Virus record (IMG/VR): IMGVR_UViG_3300045988_167732
Span: 96,001 to 160,000 of that record
DNA: 64,000 nt
Strand: one strand, 5' to 3'
DNA from: a virus
In this document: positions 29,737 through 38,595 of the stretch, in pieces
How positions within the stretch are numbered: position 1 is the first letter of the stretch
Layout: each line of letters begins with the position of its first letter
The notes under the pieces: model-generated
What the model saw: only the letters and a program-made list of their open reading frames with translations
Told to the model about the DNA's origin: nothing
Database searches by the model: none
Position numbers and translations under genes: made by a program

Positions 29737-32056
29737 AACTTTTACCCTCCAAACCATATTCTTTAGTATCAAGTTTACTGCTACTTGCGCTATAACCTTG
29801 ACCTTTGTTGAGCACAATGTTTACAGGACATTTAATTCCCTTTTCATGAATCCAGTTAATTACGAACTTGACTGCATCAGGTTCATTTCCAAGCCAACGA
29901 TTGTAAAGCCCATGAATTTGAATGATTTCGTTGTGGTTGTTAACCTCAATCGTGAAGAAAGGAATATCAATTTCTTCATTCTTTCTTAAGAACAGAATGT
30001 TTGTTCTACCTTCTGCAACACGACTGATATAACCTCCAGCACAATGATGAAGATATACACCTTCCTTCGTAATTTTGTTCATCTCTTCAGGAACAACGAT
30101 GGAGAAATTATCATTAGCATACTCAAACTTTTCTTTGCGTTGGTCATAAAGTTTAGCTGCTAACTTATTTAATCTCTCCTGTTCTTCTTTGTTTCTTGCT
30201 TCTTTATCCGTAATATTGATTTCAATCAACATATTATGATAACGATGAAGTTCATTCACATCTTTACATGCGTACAAATCAATATCAGGACGGTTGGCGT
30301 TTGAGATTTGTTTGAACAAATTTAAGGTGTCAGAAAAAATTCTAAATACATCCTCGTTAAGACCTTTCTTATCAGTCTTTTCCTGAAGACGCATAAGTTT
30401 GAGAAGATTTTTTCTATCCTTTTCGTTTTGTTCGGGAGTTAACAGCTTAATGTTTTTGTCTTTGCTCATGTACTCCCAACTTTTTCCACTATGATAATAA
30501 GTATATACTTTGTTATCTATTCCAACAAAATGCAAAAACTCATGATAATCAGAATGAATATTGCACATTCTTTTTGCCATGTTAAAGTAAAAGTCAGAAT
30601 CTTTGTCAGTAATAGAAGAAAGATTTTTAACGCCAGCAACAAATTGAACGGTTTCAATTACTCGTCGAGGAGTATATATCAGACCGCTGTAAATATAAGT
30701 TGGACCATTAGGATTCTTTTTCTTCTCCTTAAACATCTTATCTACCAATTCAAGCTGATGTTTGTTCATGCCACTAAGCTCATAAATGTTTGCAGATTTA
30801 GAATATTTTCTAAATCCAAAAAGATGCTCAATGTCAGATTTTGCAGATGCACTCATGAGATAATTGGCAATGTATTTATATCCAGCTTTATAAAATTGTT
30901 CGATAGCAGGACATCTAAGAGTGTAAATAATTCTAAGAATTAAGGAATTTGTTTTAGTCATAATGTCACTATCATTGATGATAGAAGAGATATAAAACAA
31001 TCTCTTAAACTTAAACATATCCTCAAAACCTTTGAAGAAACAGACATTATCAGCAGGAACTCCAACATCGGAAGAGCTAGACACTCTAAATACAACAACT
31101 CCATCAATAATTGAAATGGGTTTAAAGATTGTTACTTTCCCTTTGTTGTCAATAAGAATGCGTGTTTGTTCTTCGAAACCGAAATAGCCACCAAACTGAC
31201 GAATGACACAATAATTATCATCTAAGATATTAAATGTCCAAATTGTATCTTTGTATTCAGTGTGATACTCATTATTCCAAGAGTTTTTAACATCAACGGC
31301 TTTCTTAGGATATAACTGACGAAGCTCGTTTAAATTAACAGTTGGTAAGCTATTAACAATTTCAGAAATATCTGCTGATGATTTAGAGATGATACGGGGA
31401 TACATTGCTTTATAGTAATCAGCAAATGTATATGGAGTCCATTGCGTCCACTTGATTCTTGGATTGCATCCCTTCCTAGTAAATTCTTCAATTGCTTGAG
31501 AAAAGTAGAAATGGAAAACAGCCTTGTACAAATCATGCTGGAGAAAATTAACAAATCCTAAACTATAGAACTTGCCTCCTTTAGATTCAAATGCAATGTC
31601 TCCATTGACATTAAATGGAGCAGGGCAATTCTTGAAAAGAAGATAACGCTCTACAAAGTGGTAGTTTCTTCTCTCTTCAGGAATCTTTTTTGTACTAATT
31701 TCCATGATACCAAGCACAAGCATTTCAAATTCAGAGTAATATTTGGCATAAGCAACTTTTGCATCTTTGCCAGAACCAACAACAATTGTGTGGGACTGAA
31801 TATTACTCACATTGTAATGACCAGTTACTCCTTTACGATACTGTCCAATAGTATCGTTATGCTGAATAATTTCATATTCCCCTCTCAACAAATGAAAAGC
31901 TTTACCATTTGCTTTCTGCTGCCAATATACAGTGATATCAGGGCAATTGTTAAGATTGGGATGAGCACCCTCTTTAGTTGAAAGGAACTTTTTCACAGTA
32001 GCTTTGTTCTTTTCAATGATTTCGGTGGGGATGCTGTCAATGTACGTGGTGTTCAT
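29729..32056 (-). CDS. large protein with C-terminal PcfJ-like domain (775 aa)
   Basis: ITKEGVYLHHCAGGYISRVAEGRTNILFLRKNEEIDIPFFTIEV..IIQIHGLYNR. Confidence 0.6.
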   Translation of the reverse strand: MNTTYIDSIPTEIIEKNKATVKKFLSTKEGAHPNLNNCPDITVYWQQKANGKAFHLLRGEYEIIQHNDTIGQYRKGVTGHYNVSNIQSHTIVVGSGKDAKVAYAKYYSEFEMLVLGIMEISTKKIPEERRNYHFVERYLLFKNCPAPFNVNGDIAFESKGGKFYSLGFVNFLQHDLYKAVFHFYFSQAIEEFTRKGCNPRIKWTQWTPYTFADYYKAMYPRIISKSSADISEIVNSLPTVNLNELRQLYPKKAVDVKNSWNNEYHTEYKDTIWTFNILDDNYCVIRQFGGYFGFEEQTRILIDNKGKVTIFKPISIIDGVVVFRVSSSSDVGVPADNVCFFKGFEDMFKFKRLFYISSIINDSDIMTKTNSLILRIIYTLRCPAIEQFYKAGYKYIANYLMSASAKSDIEHLFGFRKYSKSANIYELSGMNKHQLELVDKMFKEKKKNPNGPTYIYSGLIYTPRRVIETVQFVAGVKNLSSITDKDSDFYFNMAKRMCNIHSDYHEFLHFVGIDNKVYTYYHSGKSWEYMSKDKNIKLLTPEQNEKDRKNLLKLMRLQEKTDKKGLNEDVFRIFSDTLNLFKQISNANRPDIDLYACKDVNELHRYHNMLIEINITDKEARNKEEQERLNKLAAKLYDQRKEKFEYANDNFSIVVPEEMNKITKEGVYLHHCAGGYISRVAEGRTNILFLRKNEEIDIPFFTIEVNNHNEIIQIHGLYNRWLGNEPDAVKFVINWIHEKGIKCPVNIVLNKGQGYSASSSKLDTKEYGLEGKSYV

Positions 32057-32095
32057 TTTCTGAATTTCCTTTCATTTTAAAATTGATTGGTTGAG

Positions 32096-32479
32096 TTATT
32101 CTTCATCTTTCCATTTATCGTATTCAGGCATAGGTTCAACTCCTTCCATTTCTTTTGTTTCGGGATTCCAATAAATTCTTTTGCCACACACACGTGGAGA
32201 ATAAAAATTATTGCGCCACTCCTTAGTTGCTTTGTGTTCTGCTCCCATTTTTACAATTAAAACAGGCAAAACAATAAAAATTAATGTGAACAAATCTATA
32301 ACAATAATAGCGATTACTGGTGCAAAAACAATGATTGGTGGAATATTATAACCACCAATGTATTTGATTATACACATAATAATTGTAGCTACACCAAGGA
32401 TGTAATTAAAAATAGCTCTGATATTATTGTTATTCATTTCTAAATTTCCTTTCTTTAAAGTGGAGAGGGTATATTTCAA
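32096..32479 (-). CDS. membrane protein (127 aa)
   Basis: Two or three hydrophobic segments. Confidence 0.75.
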   Translation of the reverse strand: MKYTLSTLKKGNLEMNNNNIRAIFNYILGVATIIMCIIKYIGGYNIPPIIVFAPVIAIIVIDLFTLIFIVLPVLIVKMGAEHKATKEWRNNFYSPRVCGKRIYWNPETKEMEGVEPMPEYDKWKDEE

Positions 32480-32534
32480 CCCTCTCCTATTTTGTTGTTA
32501 ATCTGATGAGAATTTATAGATAAACGATTAGAAA

Positions 32535-33047
32535 TTACTCGTAATCTTCTTCACAATCCTCATCTTCATCCTCGCAATCATCATACTTACTTGCCAAGTC
32601 CTTACGAAGAGCATTGATTGCACGAGCTTCAAGGAGAGCCTTAAGAGCCCGCTCATCAAGTTCACAATCAATATCACGAGTGTTACAGATTTCCTCGCCA
32701 GCTTCATCAAACAAAGCTCTCTTTTCATAGCTGAGGACGCAAGGATAAGTGATACCATCAACCTTGACTTCGAGGACTTCATCAGGATTGATTCCTTTCT
32801 CATTCATAGAGGCTTCAAACTGACTTTGAAGCATAATCTCCATGACGAGAGCCATACCAGTTTTGTTACTGTTGTCAACCATACGCTGAATAGCGGCAAT
32901 GGCCTTCTCACGGTCATGGTCATTGACAGAACCCATGACACCCACTCGAATATTATCAATGTACAAATACTCAAGATTAGTGTCGTTTTCCTTCATAATC
33001 TGAACGCGATTGAGGGACTTCTTGGTGTTGATGTTGATGTTAGCCAT
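32535..33047 (-). CDS. hypothetical protein, probably starting MANININTKKS
   Basis: RBS before the internal ATG. Confidence 0.7.
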   Translation of the reverse strand: MANININTKKSLNRVQIMKENDTNLEYLYIDNIRVGVMGSVNDHDREKAIAAIQRMVDNSNKTGMALVMEIMLQSQFEASMNEKGINPDEVLEVKVDGITYPCVLSYEKRALFDEAGEEICNTRDIDCELDERALKALLEARAINALRKDLASKYDDCEDEDEDCEEDYE

Positions 33048-33153
33048 AGTTTGGCTCCTTTCCGTTTTAACGTCTTGAACGTGACGTAAATTTATTGAGC
33101 TTAAAGGCTCATTGAAGTGCAGGATATATTTCAATCCTGCACTCTATCAACCT

Positions 33154-33489
33154 TTAGAAGTTAATAGCGGGGAAAGTGAGTAGAAACATATCCCAACAAT
33201 CCCAATTCTTATCAAGTTCTTTCAAGAGATACGAAGGAGAAATTCTCCAATCAGGACATGAAGGGATACCTTTATCTTCCAGTTGGTCAACAAGTTTAAT
33301 CCTGTTAAGAGTAAGAAATTCTTTTAACTTTTTCCTGTCAATTTTGTTGAAACCATCTTTCTGGCCACATACACCACATACAGCCCACATAATATTTTCC
33401 ACAACTGTTTTGTCATTAGAAGAATAAACAGGGTAGAAATTGACCCCATCATGGGCAATGAGGACATAATTGTAAGTTTGATTAGTCAT
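33154..33489 (-). CDS. hypothetical protein (111 aa)
   Basis: ORF. Confidence 0.8.
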   Translation of the reverse strand: MTNQTYNYVLIAHDGVNFYPVYSSNDKTVVENIMWAVCGVCGQKDGFNKIDRKKLKEFLTLNRIKLVDQLEDKGIPSCPDWRISPSYLLKELDKNWDCWDMFLLTFPAINF

Positions 33490-33491
33490 GA

Positions 33492-33650
33492 TTAAGAATC
33501 CTCCTCTTCCTGAGCAACATCAGCTTCAAAGTCATCAGACCAAGTAATATCTTCTTTGCCATAGTCTTTGACCTTAGTAAGTGCCTCAGATTCAGAATTA
33601 GCTTCAACTTCAACGAAGCCATAACGAATGAACAAAACATTGTATTTCAT
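33492..33650 (-). CDS. small protein MKYNVLFIRYGFVEVEANSESEALTKVKDYGKEDITWSDDFEADVAQEEEDS (not in ORF track)
   Basis: 52-aa ORF with SD; downstream of element copy 3. Confidence 0.75.
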   Translation of the reverse strand: MKYNVLFIRYGFVEVEANSESEALTKVKDYGKEDITWSDDFEADVAQEEEDS

Positions 33651-33707
33651 ATTATACTTTCCTTTCTTAATGGTGTCAAGTATTTAAAAAGAAATTTCAT
33701 AAACTAC

Positions 33708-33971
33708 TTGACAAGTGTTATTGTTTGTGTTATATTACACTCATCAAGCAAGGTAGCCTGTAACTTTTACTTGATGAGTGTTGATTTCACAATACCTGTA
33801 ACTGTGAATTAGTTACGATGGTATACGATACGAACGACTGAGATTTGTTTATCCATATCAGCATGTAAAATTTTCTACATATTAATTTCTCCTTTCGTGA
33901 GTAATTATGTAAACAGACTTTACAGGAGTCTGGTGTCTTAAGTGAGACTGGTAGTTGGTAGCTACCAGTCT
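33708..33971. promoter_or_regulatory. Leader/antisense element copy 3
   Basis: + promoter TTGACA 33708-33713, TATATT 33731-33736; stem A 33738-33780 (loop CCTGTAA 33757-33763); stem C 33914-33932 (loop TTACAGG 33920-33926); terminator-like D 33945-33971 then TTTCTCTTTT. Confidence 0.75.
33809..33880 (-). CDS. micro-ORF MQKILHADMDKQISVVRIVYHRN (codon 2 TAG)
   Basis: SD GAAAGGAG; TAA stop. Confidence 0.5.
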
Positions 33972-33979
33972 TTTCTCTT

Positions 33980-34912
33980 TTACTTCTTGTAAACCATGTA
34001 GGTAAGAAGATAATCACGAATCTTTTCAGCAGGATGACCTTCGTGTTCTTCAATCTTGTCCTGAGCAACACGAACAAATTCATCACAGCTCTTGTACTGC
34101 TTTAGGTTCAGCAGAAAATAGTTGAATGCTTTGGTATCTTCACAGTGCTTGTGGCAAGCAGAAATTCCTGCCAACATGCGCTGAGTATAAACCATATCAT
34201 CCTTCCAACCAGTCCCCTGAAGAACAGCGAACACAAAGCGAAGAGCGTTTTCACCATCACGTTTAACAATACGATACAGCTCTTCAACTGCATTGATGTT
34301 GTTATAACGATTGATGGTGCTATTGCGATTGGTCTTAACAGTCAGACCAAATTCCTTTGTGACCTGATTGATAATCACTGCTGTGGGCTTCTTGGCACAA
34401 AGTTCAGCTTTATATCTTTCGTAACCACGAAGGTTAGTCTTACCCTCATTCTGAGTAGCAAACAAATCTGCTTCTTCTTCCAAAGTAAGATTGATAAAAA
34501 CCTTACAAGTGATAGCATAAATGGGGAAACCCTTACTCTGCATATAAAGCAGAACGCTCAAAGTATGAGCACCATCCATAAGAAACAGATGCCAAGTATT
34601 ACCAACTTTACGAATAGAAGCTGCTTTAACTTCAACTTTATTGATATTAAAGTTGTTGGTAATTTTGGCTACTTCGTGGTTTTTGGGTTCGCGCTGATAG
34701 TGTAAATCCACTTCAGGAAGATAAAGAGGAAGGTCTCTAATAGCCCAGTTACGACCGTCTTCTCTTTTCTCAATTTCTCTTTCAACAGAGAGTTTGAGAG
34801 CATAAACAGTTTTAGACTGTTCATTGGTGATTGCCTTGGGCTTAAGTGCATCGAACAGGACTTCGCTGACGGACTTTTCGTTCTTAATGTTGGTGAGATT
34901 AATCTTCTTCAT
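33980..34912 (-). CDS. ParB-like nuclease-fold protein (310 aa)
   Basis: WHLFLMDGAHTLSVLLYMQSKGFPIYAITCKVF..LTLEEEADLFATQNEGKTNL. Confidence 0.6.
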   Translation of the reverse strand: MKKINLTNIKNEKSVSEVLFDALKPKAITNEQSKTVYALKLSVEREIEKREDGRNWAIRDLPLYLPEVDLHYQREPKNHEVAKITNNFNINKVEVKAASIRKVGNTWHLFLMDGAHTLSVLLYMQSKGFPIYAITCKVFINLTLEEEADLFATQNEGKTNLRGYERYKAELCAKKPTAVIINQVTKEFGLTVKTNRNSTINRYNNINAVEELYRIVKRDGENALRFVFAVLQGTGWKDDMVYTQRMLAGISACHKHCEDTKAFNYFLLNLKQYKSCDEFVRVAQDKIEEHEGHPAEKIRDYLLTYMVYKK

Positions 34913-34957
34913 AATTCTAAATTCCTTTCATAACTCAAAAAGTTTGTAATTATCACT

Positions 34958-35226
34958 TGACAGATATTATCAAGTGTGCTAAGATAAATACAAGTAGAAA
35001 GCCTACACTCTCTACTTGTGACGCAATTAATACGGATTAATTACGATTATAAATGATGAAGACTACTACTGTGGACCAATAATAGTCAACTGCTAAGATT
35101 TTCTACATAGCAAAACTCCTTTCTAATTTAATAATACATTAATTCATTGTAGGCTAAATTAATGTGCGAGTGAATAAGTTGGGCTTAAACACTCTATTGA
35201 GGGATGGAAATAACTTCCATCCCTCT
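34958..35226. promoter_or_regulatory. Leader/antisense element copy 4
   Basis: + promoter TTGACA 34958-34963, TAAGAT 34981-34986; stem A 34991-35020 (loop CCTACA 35003-35008); stem C 35137-35166 (loop contains TGTAGG 35149-35154); hairpin D 35200-35226. Confidence 0.75.
35038..35109 (-). CDS. micro-ORF MQKILAVDYYWSTVVVFIIYNRN (codon 2 TAG)
   Basis: SD GAAAGGAG; TAA stop. Confidence 0.5.
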
Positions 35227-35234
35227 AACAATGT

Positions 35235-35429
35235 TTAAATTCTTTCAACTTTGTATGGCCTGCAAGTAACAATATCGAAATTGTTTACAAGCCAGTCAGG
35301 TTTGGTTTCTTTGGTATTGAGGAATTTACAAACAATGTTTGCAAGCACTTCACTGTTAAATACAGTTTTTTCCTTCATACTCATTGTAACTGTTACGGAT
35401 TTTCCGTATTTGTTAACAATCTTAAACAT
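35235..35429 (-). CDS. small protein, probable start MFKIVNKYGKSVTVTMS
   Basis: Avoids the long overlap with the neighbouring gene. Confidence 0.6.
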   Translation of the reverse strand: MFKIVNKYGKSVTVTMSMKEKTVFNSEVLANIVCKFLNTKETKPDWLVNNFDIVTCRPYKVERI

Positions 35430-35736
35430 GCCACACCTCCGTCTTAATGCCTTTTCCGCTATAATAACGACGAGCACCATAATTGGTTCTATCGCTGAAG
35501 CACTCAGCACAAGGAATTAACTCCTTACGCTTTCCATCTTTGATTTCCTTGAGTGAAAGATTGAAACACTGTTCAATTTCACACTTCTCACACATTTTAC
35601 AGGATTTGCCCTTGCAAATGTTTTCGCAGAAGTTGTTCTTAACTTTGCAGAGATGCTTAACACCCCAAGAGGAATTCATCTCGTTGATGGTACTTTCGAG
35701 GGTGAAATTTCTACCCATAACACTAATCTTTTTCAT
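35422..35736 (-). CDS. Cys-rich protein (104 aa)
   Basis: CKGKSCKMCEKCEIEQCF...CAECF. Confidence 0.7.
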   Translation of the reverse strand: MKKISVMGRNFTLESTINEMNSSWGVKHLCKVKNNFCENICKGKSCKMCEKCEIEQCFNLSLKEIKDGKRKELIPCAECFSDRTNYGARRYYSGKGIKTEVWHV

Positions 35737-35799
35737 TTTACTTTGACTCCTTTCAAGTCTGTATTAAATTTGATTTTAAATTTGTCTTAAGCTATATGG

Positions 35800-36132
35800 T
35801 TAAAAACAAATGCGCTTCTTTTTGATTTTGGTAAGCATCCAACACCAAGGATTTCCAAAATCGTCCTCAAGGGGAGTAACCTTAATGGTTACAAGCACCT
35901 CAGTACTGAGATGCTCAAGCACATAATCGAGATTTTTAAGAGAGAAAACATATCTCTCTTTCGTATCATCTCTGGTGCTTTTTGCACACCATTTAATGAT
36001 TTCTTTCAAACTTGAATCAATCAGGCAGTTCAGATTTCCATAGGTATCAAGCGCCCTACTAAGAGAAGGCGCTTCTAAATGGGTGGGATTGTTGGTGAGA
36101 GAGCGAACAGTGTTTTTCATTTTCTTAGACAT
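35800..36132 (-). CDS. hypothetical protein (110 aa)
   Basis: ORF. Confidence 0.75.
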   Translation of the reverse strand: MSKKMKNTVRSLTNNPTHLEAPSLSRALDTYGNLNCLIDSSLKEIIKWCAKSTRDDTKERYVFSLKNLDYVLEHLSTEVLVTIKVTPLEDDFGNPWCWMLTKIKKKRICF

Positions 36133-36172
36133 GACTTTAATTCCTTTCTTTTGTCAAATTGATTGTTGATAC

Positions 36173-36364
36173 TTACACTTGCTTGAGATATTTAAGGTTT
36201 AACTCTAATTTGGAATCCATGGTTAAACCCTTTTCCCTTTTGATTCTACCACGCAAGTTATTCAGGGCTTGTTTATCACTACTTGCCATGGTGTAACCAG
36301 AATAATGACAATAATAATCATTCCATCTGGTTACAGGACCATCGTAGTAATATTTGAGTTTCAT
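36173..36364 (-). CDS. small protein MKLKYYYDGPVTRWND... (63 aa)
   Basis: RBS AAAGGAGG upstream of the internal ATG. Confidence 0.65.
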   Translation of the reverse strand: MKLKYYYDGPVTRWNDYYCHYSGYTMASSDKQALNNLRGRIKREKGLTMDSKLELNLKYLKQV

Positions 36365-36383
36365 ATATACACCTCCTTTCAAC

Positions 36384-36644
36384 TCAAATAAACTCGAAGA
36401 CTTTACCCTCTTCATGGACATAGCCTCCGAGAACTTCAGGACATGACTGGAAATAACCAGACGCATCTTGAATGTGGATGAGAATGATATCATCTGGATT
36501 AAGAGTGCCATTACGAACTCTTTTTTTAAGAGAACGTTTGATTCTATTCAAGCATCCAGAATAGGTATCAAATACATCATAGATGATTTTATCATCTTTC
36601 TCGATGTATCCTTTGTGATAGTAAATAATATTTTGATTAAACAC
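36384..36644 (-). CDS. small protein (86 aa)
   Basis: ORF; weakly similar to the preceding small protein (YYxxG..Y.G.LNRIKR). Confidence 0.7.
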   Translation of the reverse strand: MFNQNIIYYHKGYIEKDDKIIYDVFDTYSGCLNRIKRSLKKRVRNGTLNPDDIILIHIQDASGYFQSCPEVLGGYVHEEGKVFEFI

Positions 36645-37010
36645 TTGACAACCTCCTTTTTATGTGTTATAATATTTAATAAGAAAAGTGGTTGACCAAT
36701 CCACTTTCCTTATTAAATTGATTAGTCTAAGTCTAACTTAGATATATCTATCTGGAAGAATTCAATCAGCTATTCAACACTTAGGTGTTGCATATACCAA
36801 TTAAACTCAAACTCAGAAGTGATATACTACTTCAGAATAGAACCAATCTTTGCTTTATTACTAAGACTATCCTACATGAATTCCTCCTTTCTTTTAACTC
36901 GTTAGTGCTGGTGACTAACTTGTTATTCATTATCTTATTGGTCAGATAAGATGGAGTCTTAGTGGCGACTAAGCACTCTATGAAGGGTAGGAGCATATGT
37001 TCCTACCCTT
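36645..37010. promoter_or_regulatory. Leader/antisense element copy 5
   Basis: + promoter TTGACA 36645-36650, TATAAT 36668-36673; stem A 36678-36714 (loop TTGACCAAT 36692-36700); stem C 36930-36949 (loop TATTGGTC 36936-36943); hairpin D 36983-37010. Confidence 0.75.
36722..36877 (-). CDS. small protein MQDSLSNKAKIGSILKQYITSEFEFNWYMQHLSVEQLIEFFQIDISKLDLD (TAG at codons 2, 17, 36)
   Basis: SD AAAGGAGG 5 nt before ATG; open only if TAG is sense; TAA stop. Confidence 0.55.
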
Positions 37011-37019
37011 TAACAATGC

Positions 37020-37355
37020 TTAACCGATGTAACGTTCCTTGAGAGAGCGTACTTCCATAATGAAAGATTCAAAATCTTCCTTGGAAGTAAATGTTGCTCT
37101 TTTTTCTTTGATTGGCCTAGCAATCATATTAAGTTTAGATAGTGTGTATTCACAATACAACTTTATATAATAAGTTGTGTTGTTTTCATTTAACACTCTA
37201 TCAGGAGAGACATATACGTGAAGCCAATAATCTTTTCCAAAGTGTGACTGAGCAAATGCTCCTCTATCTTCCCACTGAGCGAATACTTCAGTATCTTCCC
37301 AAGGTTTTGCAATACCAACTAACATATTGCAGATATCATGGACGGCTAATTTCAT
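37020..37355 (-). CDS. hypothetical protein (111 aa)
   Basis: ORF. Confidence 0.75.
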   Translation of the reverse strand: MKLAVHDICNMLVGIAKPWEDTEVFAQWEDRGAFAQSHFGKDYWLHVYVSPDRVLNENNTTYYIKLYCEYTLSKLNMIARPIKEKRATFTSKEDFESFIMEVRSLKERYIG

Positions 37356-37382
37356 TTTCTTTGATTCCTTTCTATAAAACTC

Positions 37383-37633
37383 TTGACAAGTACAACTTTA
37401 TATATTATACTTGTTATTGCAATAAGAGAAGTGCCTACACACCTCTCTTATTAGGAGTACTTAATCACATCTTATTAGAAGTTGTAATTCTTGAGAATAA
37501 TGCTTACAACAACATTAAAGAAGTAATTAATGCTAATGATTTTCTTCATTATTTTACCTCCTGAAGAAAGATAAAAGCAAACAAGGATGTAGGTCCTTAT
37601 TCACTACAGAGGAGAGATAGGGGATATCTCTCC
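37383..37633. promoter_or_regulatory. Leader/antisense element copy 6
   Basis: + promoter TTGACA 37383-37388, TATACT 37406-37411; stem A 37421-37452 (loop CCTACA 37434-37439); stem C 37583-37598 (loop TGTAGG 37588-37593); hairpin D 37611-37633. Confidence 0.8.
37475..37549 (-). CDS. micro-ORF MKKIISINYFFNVVVSIILKNYNF
   Basis: SD AGGAGG 7 nt before ATG; TAA stop. Confidence 0.6.
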   Translation of the reverse strand: MKKIISINYFFNVVVSIILKNYNF

Positions 37634-37677
37634 TTCTGTTATATTGAGTAGTTTAACGACTTGCTCAGGTCAAGGAT

Positions 37678-38079
37678 TTAATTCTGATAATCGTCACTTA
37701 CCAGAACCCACTCCTCACCTTTACCATCAATGAGATGGATAGTGGAGTTGTCTTCACTGATAGTAACTGATTGAAGATTAGAGAACCAATCCTCAGTTGT
37801 CGTATAGGCTTCTTCAACGCCTTTGTCGTAACCAGCATTATATGCGCCAGTTACGTCTTCATTAGTGAAGACCTCCGCTGGTGTGCTCTTACTGTAATCA
37901 ATGTTACAGATAAGAACAACAACAGAGATAGCAAGGATAGCCATGATAATAAACATGGCACGAGGATTCATGCTCTTCTTATGCACGATTGCTTCGATGT
38001 TAATGATAACACCGTATACAATCATAATGATTGCGAGAGAGATAGCGACCATAACGACAGAAGACATATTGATATACAT
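37678..38079 (-). CDS. membrane protein (133 aa)
   Basis: N-terminal hydrophobic segments. Confidence 0.75.
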   Translation of the reverse strand: MYINMSSVVMVAISLAIIMIVYGVIINIEAIVHKKSMNPRAMFIIMAILAISVVVLICNIDYSKSTPAEVFTNEDVTGAYNAGYDKGVEEAYTTTEDWFSNLQSVTISEDNSTIHLIDGKGEEWVLVSDDYQN

Positions 38080-38113
38080 ACTTTGATTCCTTTCTGGTTT
38101 TTACGTCTTTTCC

Positions 38114-38390
38114 TTGACAAACAATTGTTTATGTGGTATAATGGTTTTAATAAGAGAAGCACCTATATACTCCTCTTATTATGGTGTGCTATTACACTTT
38201 ATCAGAAGTTGTAATTTTTAAGAACGATTACTACAACTACATTAAAAGTGTAATCTATAAATGTTATCTTCTACATTCATTTACCTCCTTTAGAAGATAA
38301 AAGTATTTAATTGTATAGGCAACTAAATACTGAGTGTTAGATGCGACTAAGCACTCTATTAAGCCCACCATCAATTACGATGATGGGCTT
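38114..38390. promoter_or_regulatory. Leader/antisense element copy 7
   Basis: + promoter TTGACA 38114-38119, TATAAT 38137-38142; stem A 38148-38181 (loop CCTATA 38162-38167); stem C 38303-38330 (loop TATAGG 38314-38319); hairpin D 38361-38390. Confidence 0.8.
38202..38276 (-). CDS. micro-ORF MQKITFIDYTFNVVVVIVLKNYNF (codon 2 TAG)
   Basis: SD GGAGG exactly 7 nt before this ATG; closely similar to the micro-ORF at 37475..37549. Confidence 0.6.
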
Positions 38391-38399
38391 TAACAATGT

Positions 38400-38591
38400 T
38401 TAGACAGGGATACAAATAATGTATCCATCATTTAAGAATCGGGGATAAATCTTATTCTTATTGAGAAGCTTTTCCCCAATTTCTTTTGCTTCCTTCTCAT
38501 TAGAGGCAGATACGAATAATGTATCACACCCACTAATGATAGAAGTAATATATTTGACTTTGTATGTCATTTCTTTGACTCCTTTCAGCAA
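38400..38591 (-). CDS. hypothetical protein (63 aa)
   Basis: ORF with RBS. Confidence 0.7.
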   Translation of the reverse strand: MLKGVKEMTYKVKYITSIISGCDTLFVSASNEKEAKEIGEKLLNKNKIYPRFLNDGYIICIPV

Positions 38592-38595
38592 GTAC

